A stretch of 64,000 nucleotides of DNA. Source: the human T2T-CHM13v2.0 reference genome, Homo sapiens. Positions 42,870-59,454 of this stretch are shown piece after piece. The position numbers were made by a program, and so were the translations under genes. Where the stretch lies: NCBI RefSeq assembly GCF_009914755.1, contig NC_060939.1; one strand, written 5' to 3'. Position 1 is the stretch's first letter. Each line of letters starts with the position of its first letter. Below the pieces are notes generated by a model. It searched no databases. It was not told where the DNA came from and saw nothing but the letters and a program-made list of their open reading frames with translations.

Positions 42870-44751
42870 CATTGAGGACAGGATGTGGAGCTAGACTGAG
42901 CTAGACCATGGGGCTGCCTGCTACAGGAACACTGGGCTTCCTGCACTGAATAAGAGAGGAAGGTACAGGAGTGCAGCCGGCCTGGTGGCCCTGTCATTTC
43001 TTAGCCGGCTGCACCACGGAGTGGCCTTAGGTCCCTGCATGCTGCTCAGCAGTTGTGTGTAAGGAATCCCTGCATTGGGAGGAAGCTGAATCCAGTGACT
43101 GCCAGCTCCACAAGCATGAAGTGTTATGAAGACGCCACAAAGAGAGTGCTTCACAGCATCATTTGATTCTTCAGCCCCCAAATCCATTTTCCAACTCAAC
43201 TCTAAGTAGGACCCACTGTTTCCTGACAGTGCATGCAGTTGTCAGGAAAGCACAGAACTTTCTTTTGTCAGCATTCCCTAGTCTTTTATGAGGCAGAACT
43301 GTATTCCTGAGGCCTGTGCTAAAGTAAATACCAGACCCTGTCGGTGTGCAGGAGGCACCCCTCGCTGTCACCCCGCGGTCCGCCATTGAGGTTGCGTTGA
43401 TGTTCCATCCACCCCTATTGCCCCTGGAATCTTACTATGGAGCTGCCCTAGACTTATGCAACCACTCACCGAGGAGAATCTGCCTCTTATTTCATCTTCC
43501 CAGGAAGTTCCTCCTTGCTGGGACACTTCTTCTCTTTTCTGCTCCCTCCATCCCACTTAATTCTTGGTTCTCCTTTCCTTACCTTCCCCAAGTCTCCATT
43601 GGCCTGGGCCGCTGCCCTTCAGCCCACACCTTGGCAGTTGGTGGTGCCTCGCAGCACGGGATGGCAGAGAAGGGCTGGGCCTGTCAGGATGAGGTGAGTG
43701 TCCCAGGCAGGTGGGGGTCCAGAGGACGCATTTCCACTTGCTGTGTTCGGGGTGGCCCATGACAGGTGCTGAGCTGCCAGGCTTCCGTCCACAGAAACCA
43801 ATCTGACTGTAACTTCTTTGTCCCTTGAAGAGCCCTTGAGATGCAGCCAGGGTACAGAGCAGGCAAATCAAATGGCTGGTCGTTGCAAGCAGGCAGGCAG
43901 CTCCTGTGCTTCCCATAGGGCATAGCTGACTGCTCCCAAGTCACTGGGTGTGTCCAGAGGAGAGTGAGTTGCTGGGGGTTGGATGGGGTGGGGAAATACA
44001 CACATGGGTTGGCCTCTCTGGTCTCATCCAAGATGAATGTCCTATGATTCCATGAGTCTGTGACACAAAAGGAAAATTTGATTTTATAATACAGAAGAAA
44101 GTCTTTTAAAATTTCCTACCAACAATTAATTTTGCCAGTGATTTGCAATCACTCACCTTTTGTTTCTTGATGCTCTCATTTCTCCCATCCTCTCTCATAA
44201 TACAGCAGTCTAAAGATAGAAGCGTCCTTGGAACTGTGCAGGGAAAATGAATTAGAGTTATCAAAGAAAGTATTAAAATACTGTTTTCCTTTCTCTTTTC
44301 TCTCTTTTTTGGCTGCAAAGTTACACGTTAGAGATTTTGAGAAAGACATTTAAATGAGGAAAGCAATTAAGGTTTAAGCATTGGAAAGGAATTTACATGA
44401 GATAAGAAGGGACCATATGAAGTTGGTTCTCCTTTCTTCTTCTGAAATTGTTCTGAACGACTCTATCATGATAAAACTGATGAGCAAGACCCTGTTTCTG
44501 TGAAGAGTAGGCTCTGGCCTCTCTGTGAGGTGTGCTCGTGCGGGGAGAAACCTCTTCCAATATCCAACATTCAAACAGCATTTGTGGACCATATTTACTG
44601 AAATTTTTTTTCTCTCTTTTGCAATGTCGAATGAACCAAAAACCACTGAAAAGAGACAAATTTAGATGGTATATGCACCATTCACAATGCTTATTATAAA
44701 ACTCCTATAATTTTTGCATCTTGTTTAGTTTATGTGTGCTTTTTAACGTAA

Positions 44752-45040
<289 letters not shown>

Positions 45041-46867
45041 AACCTAAACCTTTTTAAACCTATGCTGCAGACATATTTCTACCATCTTCCTAGATCTCAT
45101 GGTGTGGCTATCCAGTAAATACTTCTCACTCAGTAAATTCTTAATTGAACATCCTAACTTATTCTAAATAAACTTTCCCTTTTTGGTTTCCATATTATTC
45201 GTAGTGTGTTCATGTACTACATTTGCCAATCATCAAAGCCAGAAACACTTGGAATCATCTTTGATCTTGTGTCTTTGACTTTCTGCATGTGTCTGGTCAC
45301 CAGATGTGTTGGCCAGGTGATCCTACCAGCATGCAGTTTGAGCTCTGAACTCCTCTCTAAGCCTCCAGGAAGACACAGCAAGAGGAGAGGTGCCATCAGT
45401 CCCAGGACTTCGGGTCCTGCAGGGGGAGGACTTTGCCGTCCCTCCCTGGTTGAGGTGTTCTGGTACTTGAGGTGGGGGATGAGACCTCTGAGAGGTCTTC
45501 ATGCAGATGAAGGAAGGGTGGCATCCTTCCAAACATTCCTGTTCTACGTGCAATGCAGGTCTCCTCTTTTAGGCCTTGTTTTGTGTGATTTGATTTCTTC
45601 AGTGGAAACTAAGGCAGGGAGCCCAGGCTGACCTCAGTGAACGAGGTTCTCCAAAGGACAGAGCTGCGTGTGAGGACACAGGATACTGTGGTCTGGCTGG
45701 ATGCAAGCGGCTGCCCATGTGGGTCCCATCTGCCTCCCCTCTCAGCAGCATTTGTCCCCTAGACCAGAGAATTCCGGTTGAGAAGCTCCCGAATCCCCAC
45801 CCTTCGTTCCTCTAAAGACTTACACAGGAGCCAAGCATATGAAATGAATGAAAGTTGGAGCTTCAGGGATGCGAGTGGGCGGAGGGAGCTGGGGCCTCCC
45901 CTGCCACCTGAGGGCCCTCACCCGAATGCTGCAGCCCTCCTGCTGCTCGCTGACTTGGACACATCCTCCTCCATCCCTCTTCCACACTGCTGCCAAGCCG
46001 CCCTCCAGAACGGGCCAAGGGGCCTGGCGGCCCTCTGCTGCCAGCTTCAGAGGATGCCCGTTGCCTCCCTGTTGCAGTGCGGTGGTTGCAGCTGGCTCAC
46101 CCTCCCTGGGTGCTGTTCCTGGCTCCTCCCCTGCCCTCCACCATGTCCCGCACACATCACCACACTCGCTGGTGCAATTCTGTGGGAGCCGCCCCTTGCT
46201 TCATGCTCCCTTGGCTTCCAGGCTCAACTCCCAAACTCCTGGTGCCTGGGTGTCAGTCTCTCCACATGCCCTTGGGGCTATGCCCTGGGTGGTGCTGCTC
46301 CCTCCCATGGGAATGCTCAGCCACCTGGATGACTCTCACCGTCGGGTCTGACAGCCTGAGTCAGGCTGGCCTGTCCTGGGAAGCTTTCTGCATCACTCTT
46401 AGCAGGGCCAGGGCCTCCCTGTGGTGTGGCCTGGAAGTGTGTGCAGACAGGTGCCAGACAGTTGGAGATGCTGTTGTCACTGTCCTGTCTTGAGGCTTGC
46501 ATGTTGCACTCAGTCATAAGCTGTCAAGGGTGGGGGCCTTGTATCCCTTTCTCCAGCCACGGGCTCCGCGTCCAGCCCTGATCAGATGCTCAATAACTGT
46601 CTTGTTCTATATGAACCTAACTTGCTCGTGCTCCTTCCTGTGTCTGGAATCTCTTCCCCCCACCCCATCTTTCCAGCCCCATTCTAATACCCTCCATCTC
46701 TTCAGTAAAGCCTTCCTTCACAAAGCCCAGGCAGAATTGTTGATTAGATGGAATTTGGTGGGACCCTCAGTTTTTCTACAACTCAGAACAACACCACATT
46801 CCCCGACTGTTGCTTTGATGTAAATATTGTATTTATCCATCAGGCTAGGAGTGTGCAGTTAAGGATT

Positions 46868-47258
46868 GTTAAAGAGTTTATAGGAGACCGTGGGTTTAGA
46901 CTGAGCTCCTGCACTAGGCATTGGCAGACCAGACCAGCTCAGAACCAACTCACTCATGTTCTATATCAGCAAACTGAACTCTGAAACAGGCATTTTCCAA
47001 GGCAGAGAAGCACAGCAGCCCGTCAGAAGGGGCCAGCTCACCTGAGCTGGTATCATAGGAAGTCCCCTCTGTTTTAACCCAAAAAGGAGAGTAACTTTGA
47101 GATGGCTGATCTGCTGTTTGTCCCATGCTTCTGCTTCCTTCAGCCCTTTTCTGCCCGCAGAGCCCCCTCCTCTGCTCAGCTCGCTGGAACACTCATTCTA
47201 TCTCATGGAATGAGGCATTGCTTGATTCTAGAATTGTCCTAATTTTTGTCTTTTACCA
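46868..47258 (+). mobile_element. MER4-group ERV1 LTR (subfamily uncertain)
   Basis: tgttaaa..tttataggag..gactgagctcctgcactaggc..cagaccagacc..ctcctctgctcagctc..tgattctagaat. Confidence 0.55.
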
Positions 47259-47259
47259 G

Positions 47260-47825
47260 TGTGAGTTAGTTACCTATTGCTGTGTAACGAAGTACCCCAA
47301 TGCTTTGTGGCTTCAAAGAACACATTTTTTACCTCGCAGTTTATATGGTCAGGAATTTGGGCAGAGCTTAGCTGGCTCCTCCGCTTCAGGGTCCCTCCCA
47401 GTCTGCAGCAGTGCTGGGCCTGCAGTCCTCCCGAGGCTGGGCCCAGAAGAAGCTGCTTCCAGAGCCGTCTCCTGCCTGCCAGCAGGATGCAGCTCCTCTC
47501 AGGCTGTCGGGCTGAGAGTCTCAACTCCTCCCTGGCCTTTGCCTGGCCTGGCTCAGTTCCTGGCACAAGGGCCCCTCCACTGGGAAACTGGCTTTATTAG
47601 AAGGAAAGAGGAAGGAAGGATCAGGGGAGGTGAGAGAGGAGAGGGGAGGGGAGGATGTTTTTATAATCTAACCTCGGAAGTGATGTCATGTCACTTTGGC
47701 CATATCTGTTGGTTAGGAACAACACATCACTAGGCCCAGCCCTCGTGTGCTGGGAGGATATACTCAAAGCCTGAATGTCAGGAGGGGAGATATTCAGGAG
47801 TTGTTTTGGAAGCTGAAGACCACAC
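47260..47825 (-). mobile_element. MLT1F-like MaLR LTR
   Basis: tagttacctattgctgtgtaac..ggtcaggaatttgggcagagcttagctgg..ttttataatctaacctcggaagtga. Confidence 0.8.
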
Positions 47826-48151
47826 ACTTATTTTGTGCCAGTCACTGTTCTAGAAGTAAAACCAGACATGGTTTCTGAAATTAAGGTGATTTCTGTTCTT
47901 GCCCTAAACACGGTTTTGATATTTTTAGGCAAATCGAAGCTATCAATAGGTATTGACTAAAAAAAAAATATAAATAGATGTCAAAATGCAAACTTGTTGA
48001 TATCCATTGTTGTCAAAATACTTATAATTTTCACATTTTGAAATCAAATGTTGATATTAAATATACCATTGCAAAAATATTAAGATAAAATATTTGCATG
48101 AATGAAGAAAAGCAAAACCTTTTAATACATAATGATAAAGTACAATGCCAG

Positions 48152-48555
48152 TGTTAAAAGAAAACCTTTAGACAAATTAAATTAACAGAGTTTAACTGAG
48201 CAAAGGGTGAATCATGAAGGGGGCAGGCCCTAGAATCAGAATAGGTTCAGAAAGTCTGTTACTACAACCAAAAAGTAGTCAAACAATGTTAATGGACAGA
48301 GAAAAGGAAATGAGGGACAGAAACAGCTCCATTGGTTGCCACTCAGTGTGGCCTTATTTGAACCTGGTTTAACCAGTTGGCCGCCTGTGACTGGCTGAAG
48401 CTTGGCGGCTGTGATTGGCTGAGACTCAGTTATTTGTTACAGAAGCATACTCATAAGTTAGCCTTTCAATTTATTTACATACTGAGTTAGATTGGAGCTT
48501 ATTACACACAGCTGGTATGGAGGCCTCTAAAGCCCAAATTTAGTTTGATTTAACA
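48152..48555 (-). mobile_element. MER57-like ERV1 solo LTR
   Basis: tgttaaaagaaaacctttagacaaattaaatt..gtgattggctgagactcag..tttaaca, with flanks ccag/gcag. Confidence 0.8.
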
Positions 48556-49601
48556 GCAGTCTAACAATCAATACTAAAAAGTAATCTTAAATTGGAATAC
48601 CCATAAAATAAAGCCTAGAAGATGCAGGTAGTCATTAATTCACATAACTACTGAGACAGATTATTATAGAAGTCAGAGGGGTTATTTCAGAAGTGGAATG
48701 AGAAGCTCTGAAGCTGCATTATATATAAAGGAGCATGGCCTAGATCAGACCTATTGGAGAATTCCCTGAGGCGCTTATGAGCCCAGAGGGCTGAGCAGAG
48801 GTCAGCCAGGCGAAGGGGTGATTTCAGGTTGTCCTGAACAGGACGGAGTGGCAGGTGCAAAGGCCTCGTGCTAGGTGCCGCACAGCACACCCCGAAACTC
48901 ACATGAGGGTAGAACATACCCACTTCTCTCACCGGGGGAACAAACTCCAGAAGGTCAGTTCCTTATGCTCTGTCATTATTAGTTTGCACACAACCGAATA
49001 GTGTCCCTTTATCTGATTTCCCTTTCCGGTGTGCACCCAGCATCTACTGCGAGATAAACTATCTAGAATGAAGGAATTGATATATGCTTTGGCAACAATC
49101 AATTTAAGCAGCTCTCAGCTAGAGCACAAAACCGTAAATCTGCTGCGATTGCTGGGCATCAAGGGGCATCAGCAGTTGCTCTGCCTCACTTTATCAGAAG
49201 CAGGTGCACACTCATGGAAGGCGAAAGAGAAAGGAATTAGGATCCACTGAGTTTCAATGTGCGCCAGTTTGCACACATTACCTCATTTTGTCCTCAGGGA
49301 GCCCACAACGTCTTTTTGGAGACAGGGAACCAAGTGCAGTGAGACAGCGGTCAATGCCCGTGCCCAGGTCTTTCCTCCGGAGGCAGCGTGGGCTCTGCAA
49401 GGCCACCTGTCTTCACTTTGCAGCAAAACCAAGTCCTCATGCAGGGGCCGATGAGTTCTAAATGCATGGAGAAACACTGGCTCAGCCTCTTCACCTGCAC
49501 ATGGTGATACTAATTATGTTTGCTTTGCCAGAGGAGGATGTGGGCAGACGTGGGAACTGCAGAGAGCTCCGAGTTCCGAGGGAAGCGTCACGGAAGTGTG
49601 A

Positions 49602-50099
<498 letters not shown>

Positions 50100-52656
50100 T
50101 AGTGCTGTGCGCATCCCTTACTGGCTTGTCCATCTTTCATTCACAGCTTTGTGTTGCAAGAGAAAGCTAATCCTTCCCACTTCTGTTGCTCTGTCATGTA
50201 TTGATAGCAAATTCATTAAACTCCAGTTTCAAAGTCACAGCATGTTGGTGTTACATCCCTTTTGGATATGTGAGGTATCTTTTTTGGAGGTCTGAAAATA
50301 GGCACACACCTTTAAAATGTCAGTCCACTCTTGGAGAGGAAGAGGATGTTCATTTTGCCGTTGTCTTTCAGCTTTTTCTTTTGGAGGTAGAATATAATCA
50401 GGCACATCTGTGGCTCTCAAACACTTAGAGGAATTTGATGTTTTCAGACAAAGTGATGTTATCAAATGAAGTGTTATTGCCACTGTACTTCTTTCTTGTT
50501 TTATCAGTTTTATTATTTATTTAAAATGTCTCTTGAATGACTCTGTTCTTTAATCCTCTGGGATGGTGAAAGACGATGTAAGATAATGTCTGCAGTGGGA
50601 CCATATGGTGTCAGTTGCTTGCTCAGCTAGTTGTTGCATAATTTTTCATGCTGGTTTCCTCTCCAGAGATAAACCACCACATACTCATTTTAAATCCAAC
50701 ATATAGGGTATCTTCAGGCCGCTGTGTTCTGAAGGAACATTCTGGCCAAATGTTCCATATTCCCCGAGACTTCCCAGTCTTACAGTTATCATACTGCTGA
50801 CATTATTGGAGAATTAGCAGTCCAGGGTGCACTATGCATGTTTGGGTAAGGGAAACATGTCACCCTCGCAGGTCTCATAATTATCTGTAGAATCACTGAA
50901 TAAGATGAGGCCCAGCACCTCCATTACTGTAATTCATGGGCACTGACTATCATTTTGATTGAAAATGTGTGCCCATGGCCTGGCTTACAGGGAGCCCTGA
51001 CGTCATATCATAGTTAATTATGAAAATCAGATATGTGTTCATGATTCTTGGTTCTCATAAATCTGTTGCATGTGAAAAACTTCAGCTAAAAGTCAAGGGC
51101 TGTTCCCTTTGTATCAACTTTGTTTAGTGAATAAGAAAGGGAATTTTTAATACTTGAGAAATATTTGGCAATGCACAGTTTAAAGTTTTTCAGATTTATA
51201 CCTTGCAAGCCTCCTTATAAAACAGTTAATTTTCAGTGTCTGAGACTCATGGTCAGGTCGATTTTAAAAGGACAAGCTGAAAATGATATTGTCTTTGCTA
51301 TTGGGCTGCTGCCGACTTTGCAGATCTGGGAGAGGCAGTGTGAATCTATTTCTGGGCTAAAAATGGAATCAGGATGGATTACCTTAGTCTAGGAGACAAC
51401 CTTTAATTGTGCACTTTATCTTTATTTGGATCTATTAAGTTTTAACTGGTGGTCATTTTGCTAAATGTGTTGAACCCAGATAAAAATTTAAATTGTGAAA
51501 TAACTGAATTACAGAAAACGAGAGAATCAGATGAACAGGGGTCCCAGAAAATGCATTGAGAATAGGTCGTTTGCATCCAGGCAAGGTACAACACAGATAG
51601 TCGGTGAGTGAGGGCCGCCATGGCTCAGGGAGTCTGGAGGGGGCTCCATCCTCTTCCAGCCTGGGGAGAGGCCCCAGCAAGGGGTGCTGCAGGGGGGTGA
51701 GTACAGGGGCCCCATACCTGCCAGAGGACTGCACCCCACTGCCCTGGGAGCAGGCTGTGTGCCTCTCATGTGCTCGTTTACTCTGAAGAGGGTGTGGAGG
51801 CCCAGGCTTCCTTTCCCTCAGAGGTGCCACTGACATGGTTTGTGTGCCAGCCCACCCTCTGATCCAGAACGTCCAGACAGAACTCTGGGCAAATGCAAGC
51901 TCCAGGTGCCAGGCTCCCGGCTGACCTCACAAGCAGACTAGATATGGATGTGTTCGGAAACAGGGAGTTCATCTGGCCCCGGCAGCAGGAGCCAGCTGGG
52001 AACTCAGCAGAGGAGCCCAAAGCCCCAGGAGCTGACCTCAGTCCCTCCATAGGGCCTGCAGGCAGGTGGCTGGGGCTTTGCTCTTCCACCCGTCCCCCAT
52101 GGTCTTATGAAGATCTTAGGTGTCTGAGAAAAACAGGCAGGTTTCAGTCCCCTGAAACTGCCACTGGAGCTAATAGCATCAAATCATAACATTAATCAGC
52201 TGCCCACGGGTGGGCAGGCATTGTCAATTTCCTTCAAAAAGAAAGATGTCTTCAATGACGATTTGAAATTTCCTTATACTTAAATCTCTCCTGAGAGATG
52301 TGGGGATTAAATATGTCACCATCATGTGGCTTCTGTGCCAGGTTGTGGCAACCTCATCTCAGAGTCCAAGGCACCAGGCCCTGGTTCTCCTAACCCTGAC
52401 CATCTCTGACTGTATCTCCCTCTCCTTCCTTCCTGCCCCCTGCAAATGGATGGAAGTTGGATTCTTCTGTGACAGCCAGGTCCTGACTTTCCTTCAGGTG
52501 TTTGGGGGCTACCCTGGGGCCTGCTGCCCACCACGCTGCGGGGCTCTGTGAGCCTCGGACGCACAGCCTGTTAGAGGAAGTCAGTACTCGGACACTAGAG
52601 AAAGATGCGGCTTTGCAAGCTCAGAGATTCCCAGGAAGTGCTGAGCTGCCTTTGGG

Positions 52657-52808
52657 CAGGGTGGCTGCATGAGCATGCATCTCCTGCACATGCAGGGTTG
52701 GGTTTAATGCTCTGGTGTCTCTCTCTTGATGTGCGTAACCGTTTTTGATTAGGGAGCCCTGCATTTTTATTTTGTGCTGGGCCCCACAAATTATGTAGGC
52801 AGCCCAGC
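52657..52808 (+). mobile_element. MER45A-like hAT MITE
   Basis: caggg..ggtttaatgctctg..gcatttttattttgtgctgggccccacaaattatgtag. Confidence 0.75.
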
Positions 52809-54967
52809 TGCTGATGTGTCTTTGCCTTCAGGTAGTTCATGCTTTCGCGTTACATGGGTCCACAGACTACAGTCACACAAATCAGAGCTTCATTTATTTA
52901 AACCCTCATATGGTCTTAGAATTTCACTATCTTCCTGGAGCACCTGCTAGCTGTCTGTGCTTCACACTGTTTGTATTAGTTTCTTCCAGTTTCTAATCTT
53001 ACTGCTTCTAACTTGGGAGCTCAATTTCTTCCCAGCAGCCTTACCAATCACTCCCCTGAGCTGAGGACCGACCATAGAAATGAAAGCCACACACCCAGCA
53101 GGGATGCCAGTGATCATGGTCACGGAATAAGGCAAACCTGGGCTCAAATGCTCCCTCCCAAGTACTGAACATGACACTTTTCATTTCCCTTATTTGAAGA
53201 GCAGGCACAATAAAAACACCTATCAAATATATTTAAGAATTACATCAGAAATGCATAAACAGGTAGATGTGTTTAGTGCAATAGCTCATAGTTAACTCCC
53301 TGAAAGAAGAGTAAGAAAGGATGAGTGATGCGTGCACGCTGCTAGACCAGGAGAAGAGCAGGGCTCTGGGAGGGGCACAGTGAGCGGGGATGAAAGGTCA
53401 TATCCACCTGTGTGACAGCAGGACACCTGTGTGCCCTCCCTGGGCCTCTGTTTTTGTATTTGTTAAACCCTCTTGTGGACGGGCTGATTGTGGATTAATT
53501 AGATAATACATCAAATGCCTGTGATGTTGTCTGAAATATGTTGAATAAGACCTATAATAAGTGGGTTTCTCTATTCTGTTCTGAGACGGGCCTTTCCAAA
53601 AGCAGAGAGGAAACACACAGCTTTTTGGTAGAGGAAGAAGATTTAAATTTAATCTCTGGTACATCCCGTTCTGATACCTATGTATATGCAGATTCTAAAG
53701 TGAGATTTAGTCTCTATATTGGGCATGGACTGAGATAGTCTCCACATGTTCTTTGATGACACACAAAGAGATTAGCCGTAGGGAAAAGACACAATATTTT
53801 ACTTCCTGTATGAAGGAAGGCATTTGCTTTGAGCTGTTTCCTCCTTCTTCTGTGCTCATGCCTGAAACTCTGTCCCTGGGGCCCCCTGGTGACCCCAAAC
53901 TGCATTCTCCCCTGCTTCCCGAGGGTGGGTGAAATTACTGTCCCTTTCTCGCAGGCACAGCAGGGCTGTTCAGGTCTCCAGCCAACTCCCTTCACCTGGG
54001 AGGTGGCAGGGCAGCCACACACCATTGCCTTGCCCTTCGTCCTGCTGTTCCTAGGATAAGATAGCATCTCAGGGGATCTTAGGAGGATCTCTGGGTTTTA
54101 CTACCAGTAAAGCTGTAAAGCCCTTATTTGCCCAGGAGAACAAGATTTCCTCGAATACCTAAACTCAGTAATGTAGAAGCAGCTGAGTTATTAAGATTCA
54201 GACTTCTGGAGGGGGCTGTTTTTATTCTTGGGTGTTTTATTTCCAAGTGGATGACAATAAGTTATTTTTATAAACTTTTTAAATTTAATTATAATATTAT
54301 TAACTATTTCTTAAGTTATAGACTAATTATCTGTAATTACAAGGAAATTACTTATAGTAGTCATACAGTATTACCACTGATTACTATATATTAAGCATTA
54401 CAATTTATTACCAATAGCTGTACATATTTTGCTTATAATATGATGTTTAATATCATGGTCCTGCTATTGCAAATTATGTAGTTTTTAAACTCATGAGAGG
54501 AAGAGATTTATCCATTTTATATGGTAAGAGGAAAATGATCCAAATATGGTCAAATTTATACTGCTGTTAGCTGTAGCACATAAAAGTCATACAATGCTAG
54601 GTGTAACCAGATAAATTGAGGCAATAGGACTCAGACCACAAATTCTTTGTATTTATTAGATGACCATAGTGCAGTTGTTTTTTACATTTGCCTTAAATTC
54701 TATAGACTTTCATTCCAAAGGGAAAAAATCTAGACAAGCTACAATTGTTGACTCTCCTGTTTTCAGTCATTTTAGGTAATGATTAGACCTGACCTAAATT
54801 TACTGGCAATTTAGAATCTCAGAAGAAATGCTGTTTTATTGATTTTATTTTTTTTATTGAGGTTATGTCCCTCCAAAATGCATCTATCCATCAATGTCCA
54901 TCCAGAAGATAAACTATAGTGAATTAGCCATTGTTTATAATGGATACACATTTTGATGAATAGTATA

Positions 54968-55181
54968 TGTTGTGGACTGAATTTTGTGTCTCCCCCAAAA
55001 TGCATCTGTTGAAATCCTAACTCCCAAGGTGGTGATATTAGGAGGTGTGTCCTTTGGGAAGGGGATTAAGTCATGAGGGTGGAGGCCCCACACATGGGAT
55101 TAGTGACTTTATAAAAGGGACCTCAGATAACTCTTGTCCCTTCCTCTGTGTGGGGACACAGCAGGAAGATACCATCTAAGA
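54968..55181 (+). mobile_element. MLT1A0-like LTR 5' part
   Basis: tgttgtggactgaat..gttgaaatcctaactcccaa..tcatgagggtggag..atgggattagtg. Confidence 0.8.
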
Positions 55182-55707
55182 CAGTAGTCCCCAACCTTTT
55201 TGGCACCAGGGACCGGTTTCATGGAAGACAGTTTTTCCACGGACCAGGGCTGGGGGTTTCAGGATGATTCAAGTGCATTACATTTATTGTGCAGTCTACT
55301 TCTATTACTATTATATTGTAATATACAGTGAAATAATTATACAACTTATACAACTCACCATCATGTAGAATCAGTGGAGCCCTGAGCTTGTTTTCTAGCA
55401 ATTAGATGGTCCCATCTGGGGGTGATGGGAGACGTGACAGATCATCAGGCATTAGATTCTCATAAGGAGTGTGCAACCTAGATCCCTTGCATGTGCAGTT
55501 CACAATAGGGTTCGTGCTCCTGTGAGAATCTAATGCTGCCACTGATCTGACAGGAGGCGGAGCTCAGTAATGTGAGTGATGGGCAGCGGCTGTAAATACA
55601 GATGAAGCTTCTCTTGCTCGCCCGCCTCTCACCTCCTGCTGTGTGGCCCAGTTCCTGACAGGCCTTGGACTGATACCCGGCCACAGATCGGGCGTTGGGG
55701 CCCCCTG
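55182..55707 (+). mobile_element. MER1A (hAT-Charlie), full length
   Basis: cag..gtccccaacctttttggcaccagggacc...gttgggg..ccctg, 526 bp, with a perfect 8-bp TSD atctaaga at 55174-55181 and 55708-55715. Confidence 0.92.
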
Positions 55708-56309
55708 ATCTAAGAGGAAGAATGCCATGTCTGGTAGAAGGATGGTGTGTTCTCTGTCCCACCCCCATGAAATTTCTGGTGGGGACTGGTCTGTCTTTGT
55801 CTCTTGAGAGTGCTGAGTTACGTTGATCACAACACCTCTGATCACCTTGGGGGGGTGCTGTCACTCCCGTGCCGCAAATGGTGACCAGATCAGAGAAAGG
55901 ACTCAGCCCTCAGGTGGTGGCACCATAGCCAGTGGCCAGTGGGGCCTCGGCGTGTGGCACAGGTGGTAGAAAAACTTGGCATTCTGTGGGCCAATGTGGA
56001 GTGTTAGGCCTGGAGAATCACAGAAAATCTAAGCATAAGGCCCTTCATTCCTCCTGTAACTCCTTGACAAAAGAAGTGCCACAGTGCCTGTGAGGGTGCA
56101 TGATGGCAGGCCACTTCCCTCCTGCTGCTTCTAAAACACACGAAATCTAGTATCAAGACAAACAAAAATAAATGAGCAAGAAGATTCAGCAAATGGATCA
56201 GCAGATGATTAAAATACCTAATGTAGAGCTATGCTCATAGTTTAAAAAGTCTAGATACAGTGGACAATTTGGGGGAAAGATTAACCTGGATCAAAAGAAG
56301 AGGGAAACA

Positions 56310-57990
<1,681 letters not shown>

Positions 57991-58529
57991 AAGGAAGAAG
58001 GAAATAAGCAACACTGGAAAAAACTGTAAAAGTTATCAAAGAATTTCCTCCAAAACAGGTTCCAGAGCCAAAGTCACGTTTTTCAGAAGCAACATTCCCA
58101 AGGCTGTAAGACTTGACTGAGTGTTACAAGAAAGGCGGAAATGCATCCGTTTATTTTGTGGTGCCGCCCTGACTCCCATACAGAAAACTGGCCAGGACAA
58201 CGCAGAGCTGCAGATCCGTCAGATGGAATGGATACAGATCAGTCTTGATGCCAGGGACGGTGCTTCAAAAGCAGCTATTACTCTGAAAGGACACTCAGCA
58301 GATCCGGGGGCTTCAGGTTGTGAGATGAGCTCTGTATCGAGCGGGGAGGAACAGCTGCTGTGCACCACACTGAAGCCCTGAGACCAGCGGGGAACTACCT
58401 GTCTTTATTAAGATCGACTACAAAAGTCTAAGTTACTGTCCTCGTTTTGAGGGGGACTCTGAGTGGACCCTTGGTGGAATGGTTGTCAGCCACAAAGCAA
58501 GAGCGTCAAACCTGAGAGTGAAACTGGGC

Positions 58530-58820
58530 AAAGTTTGTAAGTTACAGCCCAAGGGCCAAGACCTGTTTTTTTTTTTTTTTTTAAATGACTTGTCAGCTAA
58601 TAATAGTCTTTACATTCTTAAAGGATTGTGAAAAACAGCAGCAGCAGCAACAACAACTAGCCCCCCAAACAAAAGAAGGCTGTGTAATAGAGACTCCGTG
58701 TCCCACACCAGAGCAGCCTGTGATAGAGGCTCCGCGTCCCGCACCGGAGCAGCCTGTGATAGAGACTCTGTGTCCCGCACTGGAGCAGCTTGCTAGCACG
58801 TCCCGGGCTTTCACCCCGTA
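58530..58820 (+). mobile_element. MER58-like hAT remnant
   Basis: tacagcccaagggccaa..cctgtttt..agctaataatagtctttacattcttaaaggattg. Confidence 0.55.
58682..58789. repeat. 36-bp minisatellite, 3 copies
   Basis: Unit ~ctgtgatagagactccgtgtcccgcaccggagcagc, seen as the VIETPCPTPEQP-type repeat in ORF 58585-58821. Confidence 0.9.
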
Positions 58821-58978
58821 ACATCTTAAGAAGGATGGAAAGACCAATCAGTACAAAAAAATAACCTGAACTTGTTACATCTGTAACTCGGGGAAATTAG
58901 TTCTAAAGCTATCATTATTTGCTAATGTTATAAGTATTTATTTAGGAAGTCAAAAGGAGATAATGGAAGACTTAGATA

Positions 58979-59336
58979 CAGGCGGAGCATCCCAAATCTG
59001 AAAATCGGAAATCCAGAAGGCTCCAAAATCCAAAGCTTTGTGAGCACTGACCTAATGCGACAAATAGAAAATCCCACACCTGACCTCACATGGCAGGTCA
59101 CAGTCAAACGCTGGCGCAGAACACACGGTGTTTTCAGCGTTCCCATAGGAATAATAAAATTACCTTCAGGCTACATGCATAAGGTGTGTATGAAACATAA
59201 ATGAATTCCTGTTTATACTTGGTTTCCATTATTAAGATATTTCATTATCTGTATGGAAATATTTTCAAATATGAAATAATCTGAGATCTGAAACACTTCT
59301 GGTCCCATGCATTTCAGATAAGGGATACCCAACCAG
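58979..59336 (+). mobile_element. Tigger4b-like MITE
   Basis: Termini cagg..gagcatccc-aaatctgaaaat ... atttcagataagggatacccaaccag, with TA on both sides. Confidence 0.82.
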
Positions 59337-59454
59337 TAATGATGGAGATTATCAAAGGTTTGAGAACAAAGCAAAAGCATTCTCAAAAGTCATTGAGAAA
59401 AAAAAATCATCCCAGAAATACTAGGGAAATATATGGTTTTTAATTTTTAAAGAG

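Noticed and set aside
45778-47733. ORFs of 138-202 aa
   Set aside because: They overlap in several frames in GC-rich or LTR-derived sequence, with no recognisable domain or exon structure.
52812-52836. Recursive splice site (ctttgccttcag|gtagtt)
   Set aside because: The regenerated donor is far from GTAAG/GTGAG, and similar weak AG|GT strings occur by chance.
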